A stretch of DNA of 64,000 bases from Acidobacteriota bacterium (GTDB taxonomy: Bacteria; Acidobacteriota; UBA890; WLXD01). Below are positions 1 to 8,935 of this stretch, in pieces. The notes beneath the pieces are model-generated. The model did not search any database. It was not told the DNA's origin and was given only the letters and a program-made list of their open reading frames with translations. Each line of letters starts with the position of its first letter. The stretch's first letter is position 1. The position numbers were made by a program, and so were the translations under genes. Location of the stretch: positions 1,024,001 to 1,088,000 of the forward strand of contig CBDBHB010000009.1 in the NCBI GenBank assembly GCA_965205505.1. Direction: 5' to 3'.

Positions 1-757
1 TCGGTGGGAGGCGCAGAAAGCAGTTGCCCTCGCCCAGCTGGCAATACTTGTAGCCGCCACCCACGATGAACGCTGTCTCCAGGCCGAGCCCCCGCACCGA
101 GAAGGGGATTACGTTGAGGGAGTGGTAAACATCGACGAGCAGCTCCGCTCCCCAGCGTTCGCAGGCAGCGCACAGGTGCTCGAGATGCGGAACACGCTTG
201 GCGCTTTGGAACATCACCTGGGAGACGGCCACCAACGCGGTACGGTCGTCGATGGTGGCCGCGAGGCGCTCTGCCAGCGTCTCGATCGGCTCCGTCGCGA
301 GCTTGACCACCTCAATCTGCTCCTCGGCGAGTCGATCGAGTTGTCGCCGCAAGGTGTGAAATTCGCCGTCCGTGGTGATTAGGCGCGGTCGTTCACGGAG
401 AGGCAGTGCCGACAGCAGACGCACCACCAGCTCATGGGTGTTAGGGCCGAGCGCAATGGCGTCGTCGTCGTCGTCGAGAAGCCGCGCCCAGCCTTGACGC
501 ACGCGGTGCGCTTTGGCGAAGGCGCGCTCCCATTTTTGGTCGACAAGCTCAGCCGCATCGATCCACGCCTGGCGATGACCGTCGAAACCGCAGTCGGGCC
601 AAGCCTGGTGGGAGTGACCGGTCAATAGCAGACGCTCGGCTACCCGGAAGCGCTTGTAGTAGCCAGTCAGGGCGTTGGGGGTGGCGTATAGCTGTGCGAT
701 GTCGAGTCGCGCAGAAAGGGCCGGATCCTCGCTGCGTGCGATCAAGACAGGCGCCAC
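1..757 (-). CDS. kynU: Kynureninase-like class V PLP enzyme, 3' end runs off the window
   Basis: Not in the ORF track; manual translation of the minus strand gives LLLTGHSHQAWPD near the N-terminus and LLVDVYHSLNVIPF...VGGGYKYCQLGEGNCFLR (PLP-Lys motif). Directly downstream of TDO; start is GTG 757 or TTG 745. Confidence 0.85.
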   Translation of the reverse strand, partial: MAPVLIARSEDPALSARLDIAQLYATPNALTGYYKRFRVAERLLLTGHSHQAWPDCGFDGHRQAWIDAAELVDQKWERAFAKAHRVRQGWARLLDDDDDAIALGPNTHELVVRLLSALPLRERPRLITTDGEFHTLRRQLDRLAEEQIEVVKLATEPIETLAERLAATIDDRTALVAVSQVMFQSAKRVPHLEHLCAACERWGAELLVDVYHSLNVIPFSVRGLGLETAFIVGGGYKYCQLGEGNCFLRLPP

Positions 758-775
758 ACCTTCATCACTAGGCCA

Positions 776-1561
776 CTAGAGCTCGCTGCGAATCGCCCAC
801 AAGTCCGGAAACAGCGGCTTGAAAAGCGTGGTTTGGAGGTACTCGGCTCCAGAGCTGCCACCGGTGCCACGCTTGGTGCCTATGGTGCGCTGTACCATCT
901 TCACGTGTCGGTAGCGCCACTCCTGGATGCCTTCGTCCAGGTCGACCAGTCGCTCGCACACCTGAGACAACGTCTGGTCGGTGCGGTAGATCCGGATGAG
1001 ATGCCCCTGCACCGCCTTGTTCTCCCGAGTCGGCCCCGGCGCTGCGTCCGAGCTTGCTTGGGTCGGTGTCCCCATTCCCTGATTGGCGAGGAAGCCGACG
1101 AAGCGGTCCCAGACCGACGGGGATCGCAGTCGTTCGGCCAGGCGTTGGCGCTCCGGCGATCCGTCGGCAAAGCGCTCGAGCGCGGCAGGTTTCTTCATGC
1201 CCAACGCGAACTCCAGCTCGCGAAACTGGCACGACTCGAAGCCGCTTGCCGAGGCCAATCGATCCCGAAAGCTCAGGAATTCGAGCGGCGTCATCGTCTC
1301 CAGCACGTCGATCTGCGCCACCAGTGTCTTGAGGATCGTCAACACCCGCTTGAGTGTTTGCAGCGCGCCGGCAGTGTCGCCGGCCTCGAATCGAGCGCCC
1401 AGCCGATCGAGCTCGTGGAGCATTTGCTTGAACCACAGCTCGTATACCTGGTGGATGACGATGAAGAGCATCTCGTCGTGCTCGGGGCCATCCGACTTCG
1501 GTTGCTGCAGAGACAGTAGCTCGTCGAGCTTCAGGTATTCCGCGTAGGTGCGCGAGCGCAC
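776..1561 (-). CDS. kynA: Tryptophan 2,3-dioxygenase
   Basis: TYAEYLKLDELLSLQ, HDEMLFIVIHQVYELWFK, SGFESCQFR, RHVKMVQRTIG.K.GTGGSSG. Confidence 0.95.
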   Translation of the reverse strand: MRSRTYAEYLKLDELLSLQQPKSDGPEHDEMLFIVIHQVYELWFKQMLHELDRLGARFEAGDTAGALQTLKRVLTILKTLVAQIDVLETMTPLEFLSFRDRLASASGFESCQFRELEFALGMKKPAALERFADGSPERQRLAERLRSPSVWDRFVGFLANQGMGTPTQASSDAAPGPTRENKAVQGHLIRIYRTDQTLSQVCERLVDLDEGIQEWRYRHVKMVQRTIGTKRGTGGSSGAEYLQTTLFKPLFPDLWAIRSEL

Positions 1562-1708
1562 GTGATGACTCCGCAGGCTGGAGGTGCCGTTGGCCGGTCG
1601 AGCCGTACCATCGGTGCGCCCGACCCATGACCCATATCTCGGCAGCTTAGCTCAACTCCCAGGTCGAGTCAGAATGCGTCGTGACGGCGTCGGAATGTTG
1701 CGCCGGCG

Positions 1709-1987
1709 CTAGCAGGCCGTGGTGAAAGTGTGGTGGGTCTGGCGACAGGGTCTTGCGAAGTGCAGGCAAGGAGAGAGGAGGAGGCGATGGTTACCCCATC
1801 GTTGACGAGGAACGACGCAGGATCCGCGCGCAACCCCCTGTCGCCCGAAGGGTTACGGCGATTTGGGGCCATTTGCGACGTTGGCCTTCCTCGACGATGG
1901 CTAGGGCATCGCCTGTGTCAGGCCGCCTTGCATCTGGCCCCAACTCGCCGTAACCAGACCCACCACACTTTCACCACGGCCTGCTAG
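1709..1987. mobile_element. 279-bp MITE-like structured repeat, copy 1
   Basis: Terminal inverted repeat CTAGCAGGCCGTGGTGAAAGTGTGGTGGGTCTGG ... CCAGACCCACCACACTTTCACCACGGCCTGCTAG; near-identical copies at 19232 and 25625; no transposase. Confidence 0.85.
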
Positions 1988-2005
1988 ACATGGTTTGCGT
2001 CTTAC

Positions 2006-2452
2006 TCAGGTCGCCACGGGCGTGGCCTCGTCTCCCTGCAGTGAGGCAGGCTCCCGCAGCAGCGCGGTTGCTTCGATTTCCACCAAGGCCTGCTCGTCGA
2101 CCAGACGCGTGACCTCCATCAGCGCCATGGCCGGATAGTGGCGACCCATGCGTGGGTTCCAAAGCTCACCGAGCTCCGGCAAGCTCCTACGATAGCCATC
2201 GATGTCGGTAACGAACACAGTCAAGCGGCCGATATCGCTCGGTCTGCCCCCGGCCTCGCGCACCACCGCCAGGGTGTTGTCGAGAGCTCGACCGAACTGC
2301 TCTACGAAACCTGCCTCTGGAACGCGACCGCTGCGGTCATGCGCCGTCTGTCCGGCGACGAAGAGCACGCGTCCCCCGGCCGGCCCGAGCATGCCGTTGT
2401 TCCAGCCTCGCGGCGCCCCGAGTTGCTCCGGGTTGATCACCTCGTAGCTCAT
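2006..2452 (-). CDS. RidA/YjgF family protein
   Basis: INPEQLGAPRGWNNG, LFVAGQTA, YPAMALMEV..L....ALVEIEA; ATG 2452 overlaps the SDR stop. Confidence 0.9.
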   Translation of the reverse strand: MSYEVINPEQLGAPRGWNNGMLGPAGGRVLFVAGQTAHDRSGRVPEAGFVEQFGRALDNTLAVVREAGGRPSDIGRLTVFVTDIDGYRRSLPELGELWNPRMGRHYPAMALMEVTRLVDEQALVEIEATALLREPASLQGDEATPVAT

Positions 2453-3237
2453 CCCATGAACTCCCCACCATCGATCCCGAGGTCCTGACCGTTTATACCT
2501 CGGCCGGCCTCCTGGCAAAGGAGCAAGGTCAGCTGAGCAACCTCGTCGGGCTCGATGAGGCGCAGCTGCGGAGTGGTCTGCAGGATCGATGCCTGCGCTT
2601 CATCGCGGCTCATGCCAGTCTTGCTCATGATGTTGTCGATCGCGTTCGTCACCATGTCGGTATCGACGTAACCGGGACAGATCGCGTTCACGGTTACGCC
2701 GCGGTTGGCCATTTCGGCCGCGATGCAGCGAGTGAAGCCCAGCATCGCATGCTTCGAGGCCGTGTAGGCCGAAACGTACTTGGCGCCGGTGCGCGACAGA
2801 ACCGACCCGATATTGACCACTCGCCCCCAGCCGCGTTGTGCCATGGCGGGGGCAAACGCCTTGGTGCACAGGAACGTCCCGGTAACGTTGATGTCGAAGA
2901 TCCGGCGCCATTCCTTGAGGGTTTGGTGGTGTAGCGGCGCCGAGCTCGCGATGCCGGCGTTGTTTACCAGGATGTCGACCGCGCCGAGCTGGAGGGCGGC
3001 AGTCTGCGCCAGCGCCTCGACGCTGTCCGGGTCGGCGACGTCGCAGGTCGTGGAGTCGGCGCGCAGCCCGTGGTCGCGGAGCTCGCTGGCCACCCTCTCG
3101 ACTTGATCCGCCGACCTCGCTGCCACCAGCACGTGTGCATCTGCACCGGCAAGCGCTGCGCTGATCGCAGCACCGATGCCGCGTCCGCCGCCGGTGATCA
3201 AGGCGGTCTTGCCTGCGAGTAAGCCGCTCGTCGTCAT
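2449..3237 (-). CDS. Short-chain dehydrogenase/reductase
   Basis: TGGGRGIG, NNAG, YTASK, NAICPG. Confidence 0.92.
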   Translation of the reverse strand: MTTSGLLAGKTALITGGGRGIGAAISAALAGADAHVLVAARSADQVERVASELRDHGLRADSTTCDVADPDSVEALAQTAALQLGAVDILVNNAGIASSAPLHHQTLKEWRRIFDINVTGTFLCTKAFAPAMAQRGWGRVVNIGSVLSRTGAKYVSAYTASKHAMLGFTRCIAAEMANRGVTVNAICPGYVDTDMVTNAIDNIMSKTGMSRDEAQASILQTTPQLRLIEPDEVAQLTLLLCQEAGRGINGQDLGIDGGEFMG

Positions 3238-3312
3238 GTCGTCCTGCCTGGTGCATGGTTGCTGATGTCGGTCACCTCCGGCAGGGTGCTGCAGAGCTCT
3301 GGTGGGTCTGGT

Positions 3313-4062
3313 TCAGCACCCTGCCAGGACCGCCTCACAGAGGATCGTCCCGAGAACATCCACCGTCTGGCGACCCTCCTCGGCCGTGGCGCTAGCAGGA
3401 TAGCCGAAGTAGGCGCGCTCGCCGCCCGCCGCCTCGAAAGATCGCTTGCCGTCGATGATCGCCTGTGACAGCGAGGCCGGATTGTCCGGGAGCGTCACGC
3501 GTATCTCGTTGCGAACCAGTTCCGGTCGCTCGGCGAGGACTATGGAGCCCTCGTATTGGCCCGCGTGGCAGGCGCCCGTCTTGAACTCAGCGGTGAGTCG
3601 CGACGCCCAGGGACGCTGGGTGACGTCGGGGAAAATGGTTGTCAGGTTTGCTTCCGTCGCCAACGTGTCGACCGCCCCGTGGATACTCGCCAGGTGGGCC
3701 GGATCGAAATGGGCGTTGGCGAGTGCCACGAACCTGAAGCCATGGCGCGCGAAGCTCCGCGCAACCTCGACTATGGTCGCGACGGCCACTGCCGGAGTCA
3801 CCGAGACGGTGCCCGGGAACGCTTCAGCGAACGGAGCCGCCGTATAGGTCATCGCTGGCAGCAGGAGCGGCAACCAGCCCGTGGCGGCTAACTTCTCAGC
3901 ACCCGACCGTGCCATCGCGGAGGCGATGATGACGTCGGTCCCCAGAGGTAAATGGGGGCCGTGAGCCTCGGTCGCGCCGGTTGGCAGGACGATGACGGTG
4001 TTGTCTCGCTCGAGGTCGCGCACCTCCTCCCAGGTCATTTCGGCAAGGCGGTGCACCGGCAT
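3313..4062 (-). CDS. Creatininase-family amidohydrolase
   Basis: EMTWEEV, GATEAHGPHLPLGTD, NAH, HAGQYE metal-binding motifs. Confidence 0.9.
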   Translation of the reverse strand: MPVHRLAEMTWEEVRDLERDNTVIVLPTGATEAHGPHLPLGTDVIIASAMARSGAEKLAATGWLPLLLPAMTYTAAPFAEAFPGTVSVTPAVAVATIVEVARSFARHGFRFVALANAHFDPAHLASIHGAVDTLATEANLTTIFPDVTQRPWASRLTAEFKTGACHAGQYEGSIVLAERPELVRNEIRVTLPDNPASLSQAIIDGKRSFEAAGGERAYFGYPASATAEEGRQTVDVLGTILCEAVLAGC

Positions 4063-4164
4063 GCCGCGATTTTAGAGTCGCCGGGACCGTACAATGGAAG
4101 TGAATCGTCGAGGCTGCCCGAAGGCGCGTCGATGTCAAGCGGGGCGGGTAAACAGGAGAGTCTG

Positions 4165-5211
4165 ATGCCCAAGGGGCTACGTACCGTGTTGGTGCTCGTT
4201 TCGGCGTTGGTTCTGGTCTCGCTCGCGCTGCTGCTGATCAACCAGACCGCGGGCGTCGTCGCGCTGGCGGAGACCTTCCGGCCAGGGCTGGGACAGGGGG
4301 TGCTCTGGGGGCTGGTGCTCGTCTACACGGTGCTGGCAGTCACGCCGCTGGTGTTGTTTCTGCGGCTGCGCAAGCCTCTGGTGACGCCCGCGTCGACCGG
4401 GGGGCCGGAGTACGAGGCGTACTTGCGGTTGCTCGCGGCGCGACTATCGGCAAGCCCACACGCGACGGGTCGATCGCTCGAAACACTCGACCAGATCGAG
4501 GCGGCGCTCGCGGAGATCGGCGAACGTGCCGATGCTCTGGTCAAGGCGCAGGCCGGGCGCGTGTTCCTTGCCACCGCCATATCGCAGAGCGGACGGCTCG
4601 ACGCCTTCATGGTGCTCGGCATCCAAATGCAAATGGTCTGGCAGTTGGCCCACCTGTACTCGCAGCGCCCGACCGTTCGCGAGCTGCTCCATCTGTATGC
4701 CAACGTGGCGGCGACCGCCTTCGTAGCCGGTTCACTCGAGGACGTTGACGTTAGCGAGCAGGTGGCGCCGATCCTGTCTGCGTCGCTGCCCACGATCGCC
4801 TCCGAGGTACCCGGACTGCGCGTCGCCGCCGGGTTGGTGGCCAACTCGATCGTCACCGGCAGCGCCAACGCGTTCCTGACCCTGCGCGTGGGAATGGTGG
4901 CCAAACGCTACTGCGCGCCGTTGGTGGCGCAAGAGCGTGGAGCCGTTCGCCGCGCAGCGGTGACCCAGGCCACGCGGCTGCTCGGCGAAGTCGTCGCGAG
5001 CGGCAGCACCAAGGTGTCCAAGGCAATCTGGGACGCCTCGCGGCGGGGAGTGAGCGCCACCGTCTCGGGCGTTGCCGGATTGGCGAAGGGTGCTGGCGGT
5101 ACCGTCGCCGACCTTGCCAAGGGGGCGGGTCAAGCTGTCGCCGGTCTCGCCAAGGGGGCTGGCGAGACGGCGTTCTCCGCCGTACGGCGCAAGGAAAAGC
5201 AGCGCGAATAG
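4165..5211 (+). CDS. YcjF/DUF697-like membrane protein
   Basis: Two N-terminal TM segments; TAISQSGRLD and NAFLTLRVG; AGGAG RBS before ATG 4165. Confidence 0.7.
   Translation: MPKGLRTVLVLVSALVLVSLALLLINQTAGVVALAETFRPGLGQGVLWGLVLVYTVLAVTPLVLFLRLRKPLVTPASTGGPEYEAYLRLLAARLSASPHATGRSLETLDQIEAALAEIGERADALVKAQAGRVFLATAISQSGRLDAFMVLGIQMQMVWQLAHLYSQRPTVRELLHLYANVAATAFVAGSLEDVDVSEQVAPILSASLPTIASEVPGLRVAAGLVANSIVTGSANAFLTLRVGMVAKRYCAPLVAQERGAVRRAAVTQATRLLGEVVASGSTKVSKAIWDASRRGVSATVSGVAGLAKGAGGTVADLAKGAGQAVAGLAKGAGETAFSAVRRKEKQRE
5071..5169 (+). repeat. Three tandem 33-nt (11-aa) coding repeats
   Basis: VAGLAKGAGGT / VADLAKGAGQA / VAGLAKGAGET. Confidence 0.85.
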
Positions 5212-5229
5212 TAGGGTTGCTCCGGGCCA

Positions 5230-6294
5230 CTAGCCCGTCACCGTTCCACAGGTGCCCGCCGTCGGAAGCTCGGCCGACCCTGTTGCGAAAGGCCCTCCGG
5301 TGAAGCCGAGGTCGTTGCGCGTACCGTCGAGGTCGGTGCACTCCATGGCGGGGTCGCCGCGATTCAGAGCCTTGCCGGCTCCCGCCAGCTCGAAGTCGCT
5401 GTAACTGGCCGCGTCGGCATTGGCCGGCGGGCGCGCCGCGAAGTTCGGGTTGCCATCGATGTTGCGCTCTACCAGCGGGTCGGGCCGTCGACTCTGAAGG
5501 TGGCGGATCTTCTTCCAGTCGCGCCCGTCGCGCAGGATCGCCGCCACCGTATTGCGGTGGAATCCGTTGTAGTGGATTGATGCCTGGCCATTGCTGAAGT
5601 CACAGATGCCGCGGCCGCGTCGGGTTCCGCCCGCGCGTGCGCCGTTCCATGCCAGCAAGTTGTTGCGGATGACCGGCGCGCCGCCGCGGGAGATCACGCC
5701 GTTGCTGTCGCTTCGCACGACGGTGTTGTTGACCACCCAGGGGGAGGCCCCGACGATCTCCACCGCGTGTGGATCGCCGCTCCCGTCGTTGGTGTTGTAG
5801 ATGATCAGGTTGTTGTAGATGAACGGGGTGGCGTCGCCATCGACATAGATTCCGCTTCCCTGCAACTCCGCGCGGTTCCCCGTGACGACCGTGCGCACCA
5901 CCGTCGGGCTGGCGTTGTGGATGAAGATACCTCCCCCACGCTTGGCGACGCCGCCGGTTATCAGCACAGAGTCCAGCACACTGCCCGGTCCCTCTCGACT
6001 CGAGAAGCGCACCACGGGGCCGCGTTCGACACCCCGGATAACGGTGGCCTCGCCGGCGCCGACGATGCGGATCGCTTTGCCGCGGAAGTTGATGCGCTCG
6101 CTGTAGTCGCCGGCCGCCAGCTCGATCACGTCGCCATCGACGGCCGTATCGATCGCCGCTTGAATCGACTCCCCGGGCCCCACCGGGATCGTGTCGCGAC
6201 GCTGATCGAACCCTGCGACGGTCTGTGGGCGTGCGGTCGCCGCCATGGTCACAAGCGCGACGAATACCACTACACGGCGCAGCGTCGGCCGCAT
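5230..6294 (-). CDS. Secreted right-handed parallel beta-helix (pectin-lyase-like) protein
   Basis: Signal peptide; SIQAAIDTA..GD.I.L..G.Y.E.I; GGGI and NN ladders; C-terminal DLDGTRNDLGFTGGP. Confidence 0.8.
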   Translation of the reverse strand: MRPTLRRVVVFVALVTMAATARPQTVAGFDQRRDTIPVGPGESIQAAIDTAVDGDVIELAAGDYSERINFRGKAIRIVGAGEATVIRGVERGPVVRFSSREGPGSVLDSVLITGGVAKRGGGIFIHNASPTVVRTVVTGNRAELQGSGIYVDGDATPFIYNNLIIYNTNDGSGDPHAVEIVGASPWVVNNTVVRSDSNGVISRGGAPVIRNNLLAWNGARAGGTRRGRGICDFSNGQASIHYNGFHRNTVAAILRDGRDWKKIRHLQSRRPDPLVERNIDGNPNFAARPPANADAASYSDFELAGAGKALNRGDPAMECTDLDGTRNDLGFTGGPFATGSAELPTAGTCGTVTG

Positions 6295-6512
6295 CGATGC
6301 CTTCCGTTGATCGGTGGCGTGCTCATCGTACGGTGGGCTGACCTCACGAGCATGCTACCCGATTCTCGATACGCCGGCGGTAGCGGGCGCAGAGGATTGC
6401 GGGCCACCCGCAGGGTGCGACGGAACCACGCTGTCGAGAGATGCGCGCTGCGCCTCCAATAGGAGAGAATGTACAGTCCCTGCTTCCCATGGGATATGGA
6501 GCGCGAATCACC

Positions 6513-7676
6513 ATGCGCGAGCGCCGATGCCGCACGCCTTGCAGCGTGTTGGCAAGTCTCATGCTGCTGCCATGGCTAGCCGGCTGTTCCGGCGAGCGGG
6601 CCGCGGCCGCCGACCCGTCGGTCCCGGAGGCGCTCGCCCCCGCGGAGGACATGGTTCGCGAAGGGACGTTCCGGCAGATGTTGTTGATGACCGGAGAACT
6701 GAAAGCGGCGTACGGGGAGCAAGTTCAAGTACCACGGCTGCCCAGCTGGCAGACGACGATCCGGTGGATGGTCGAGGACGGAGCGCTCGTCGCCGAGGGT
6801 GATCGGCTGGTCGAGCTCGATACAGCGGAGATCGCCAGCGACCTGGAGAACAAGATCACCGCTCGCCAGACCGCGGCAAATCAGCTCGTTCGTCGTCAAG
6901 CCGAGCTCCAGGGGGAGACAGCACAGAAGGAGTTCGATGTCGAACGCAACCGCGTGGCGATGCGCAAGGCCGAGATCGAAGCGCAAGTTCCCGAGGACGT
7001 GCAGACGCGCAAGACCCACCAGGAAAAACAGCTCGCCTACGAGCAGGCACTCGTTGCCCATGAGAAGGCGATGGTGGACATGCGGGGGCATCTGGAAGCC
7101 GCTGAGGCCGAGCTCGATGTGCTCCGTATCGACACCGCCCAGGCCGAGCGCGAAGTAGCGGAGGCGCGCCGGGCAATCGAGACCATGGTGCTGAGGGCAC
7201 CGCAGTCGGGAATCGCGGTGGCGCTCGAGAACCGCCGCGAGGATCGTAAGTTCCAGGTCGGCGATGCAGTATGGGTGAGCGCGGCGATCCTCGAGATTCC
7301 CGACCTGTCCAGGATGGTTGTCGAAGCTCGGCTGTCCGATGTCGATGATGGCAAGATCACGCCCGGTATGCGCGTCGCGTGCACGCCGGATGCGTACCCG
7401 GCGCGAACCATCGGAGGGGTCGTGCGCGCCATCGCCCCGATCGCCACCGCTGGAGGGCGACGGTCGATGCAGCGGTTCTTCACGGTTGAGCTCGACCTCG
7501 ACGAATCCGACCCGCAGCTCATGCGTCCCGGCATGTCGGTGAAGGTCGAAGTGGAAACCGCGCTCCGCGAGCGTGCCGTGCTCGTTTCTCGGCGTGCGCT
7601 CGAGTTCGAGGACAACGGCGTCTATGTGCTCCTGGCTGACGCCGGTCGCCAGCGCGCCCGGCTGGGCCTCCGCTGA
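6513..7676 (+). CDS. HlyD/MacA-type periplasmic adaptor 1 (lipoprotein)
   Basis: Lipobox LAGC; V.EGD.LVELD, coiled coil, LRAPQSG, MRPGMSV; start ATG 6513 preferred over 6441. Confidence 0.85.
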   Translation: MRERRCRTPCSVLASLMLLPWLAGCSGERAAAADPSVPEALAPAEDMVREGTFRQMLLMTGELKAAYGEQVQVPRLPSWQTTIRWMVEDGALVAEGDRLVELDTAEIASDLENKITARQTAANQLVRRQAELQGETAQKEFDVERNRVAMRKAEIEAQVPEDVQTRKTHQEKQLAYEQALVAHEKAMVDMRGHLEAAEAELDVLRIDTAQAEREVAEARRAIETMVLRAPQSGIAVALENRREDRKFQVGDAVWVSAAILEIPDLSRMVVEARLSDVDDGKITPGMRVACTPDAYPARTIGGVVRAIAPIATAGGRRSMQRFFTVELDLDESDPQLMRPGMSVKVEVETALRERAVLVSRRALEFEDNGVYVLLADAGRQRARLGLR

Positions 7677-8935
7677 TGCCGTCGACGGGCGATCATCCTG
7701 CACGAGCCGGATGGCGTCGCCGCGGTGCCGCCGTGCGTCTCGTCGCTGGCGTTGCCACGCTCGTCGTCGGTACGGGTTGGTGGCTTTCGGCGACGTTCGC
7801 CTCCGGCCCCGATGTCTCTTGGGTGGCGGCGGAGATCGACGATCTGGTGATCGGCGTCGATGTCGAAGGCATCCTGGCATCGCGTGATTCGAGCGAGCTC
7901 GGGCCCCCGCTAGTGCAAGGCTTCTACGACTTCACGATCCGCTTCATGGCCCCGGAAGGCTCGGAGATAAAGCAGAGCGCAGCGGTGCTGAAGTTCGACA
8001 CGTCGGCGCTGGACAGCCGGCTGCTGCAACTGCATACAGAAGCGGAGGAGGCGGGCAAGAACATCGAGAAGCTCGACGGCGATACCCAACAGCAGCTCAT
8101 GACCCTCGAGCTGCAGCTCGCCGAGGCGGACGCCAATCTCAGCAAGGCGCGCTTGCAGAACGATGTGCCCGATGACCTGCGCTCGGCCAATCAGGCGGAG
8201 ATCGATCGGCTGGACTTGGAAGTTGCCGAGGTGGAGGTGCGTAGCCTCCAGGGCCGGCTCACAGCAGCCACGACAGCTGCCGCGGCGCAGCGCGAGGCGC
8301 TGGTGGCGCAACGCGACCGGGCCGTGCGGCTGGTGGCCGAGACCGCGACCGCGATCGAGAGCCTGACGGTGACCTCGCCCAGGGCCGGCACAGTCATCTA
8401 TTCGACCAACTGGCGCGGCGAAAAGAAGAAGGTGGGCGATTCGGTGTGGCGCAATGATTCCATTGTCGAGGTTCCCAACCTCGCCCGGATGATGGGGCTG
8501 GGAGAGGTCGATGAGGCCGATGCCGGCCGCGTTCACGAGGGACAGTCGGTCACGCTACGGCTCGACGCCCATCCCGACATCCGGTATCACGCGCGAATCG
8601 AAACGGTGACGATGACGGTGCAGCGTAAGCGCGCGTCGCGCAATCCGCTGAAGGTGATGCGGCTCGAGCTGGCGCTTGCCGACACCGATACCAAGCGCAT
8701 GCGGCCGGGGATGCGATTCCGGGGGACCGTGGAGGCCGAGCGTATGATCGATGTGCTGGTGATCCCGGCGCACGCGGTGTTTCCATCCGGCGGCGGGCCG
8801 GTCGTCTATCGGCGGTCCTTGCTCGGGTACGAGCGCGTGCGTGTTGAGCTCGGCGCTCGCAACGCCCTCGTCGTGCAGGTGCTCAACGGTCTCTCGGCTG
8901 GCGATCACGTCGCCGAGGTCCGGCCGGACGCATGA
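7676..8935 (+). CDS. HlyD/MacA-type periplasmic adaptor 2
   Basis: TM anchor, coiled coil, TSPRAGTV, MRPGM, VLVIP..AV, GLSAGD. Confidence 0.88.
   Translation: MPSTGDHPARAGWRRRGAAVRLVAGVATLVVGTGWWLSATFASGPDVSWVAAEIDDLVIGVDVEGILASRDSSELGPPLVQGFYDFTIRFMAPEGSEIKQSAAVLKFDTSALDSRLLQLHTEAEEAGKNIEKLDGDTQQQLMTLELQLAEADANLSKARLQNDVPDDLRSANQAEIDRLDLEVAEVEVRSLQGRLTAATTAAAAQREALVAQRDRAVRLVAETATAIESLTVTSPRAGTVIYSTNWRGEKKKVGDSVWRNDSIVEVPNLARMMGLGEVDEADAGRVHEGQSVTLRLDAHPDIRYHARIETVTMTVQRKRASRNPLKVMRLELALADTDTKRMRPGMRFRGTVEAERMIDVLVIPAHAVFPSGGGPVVYRRSLLGYERVRVELGARNALVVQVLNGLSAGDHVAEVRPDA

Noticed and set aside
1669-1987. Short ORFs inside the 279-bp repeats (also at 19144-19510 and 25534-25990)
   Set aside because: They differ in frame and length between copies and have no transposase motifs; by-products of the repeat
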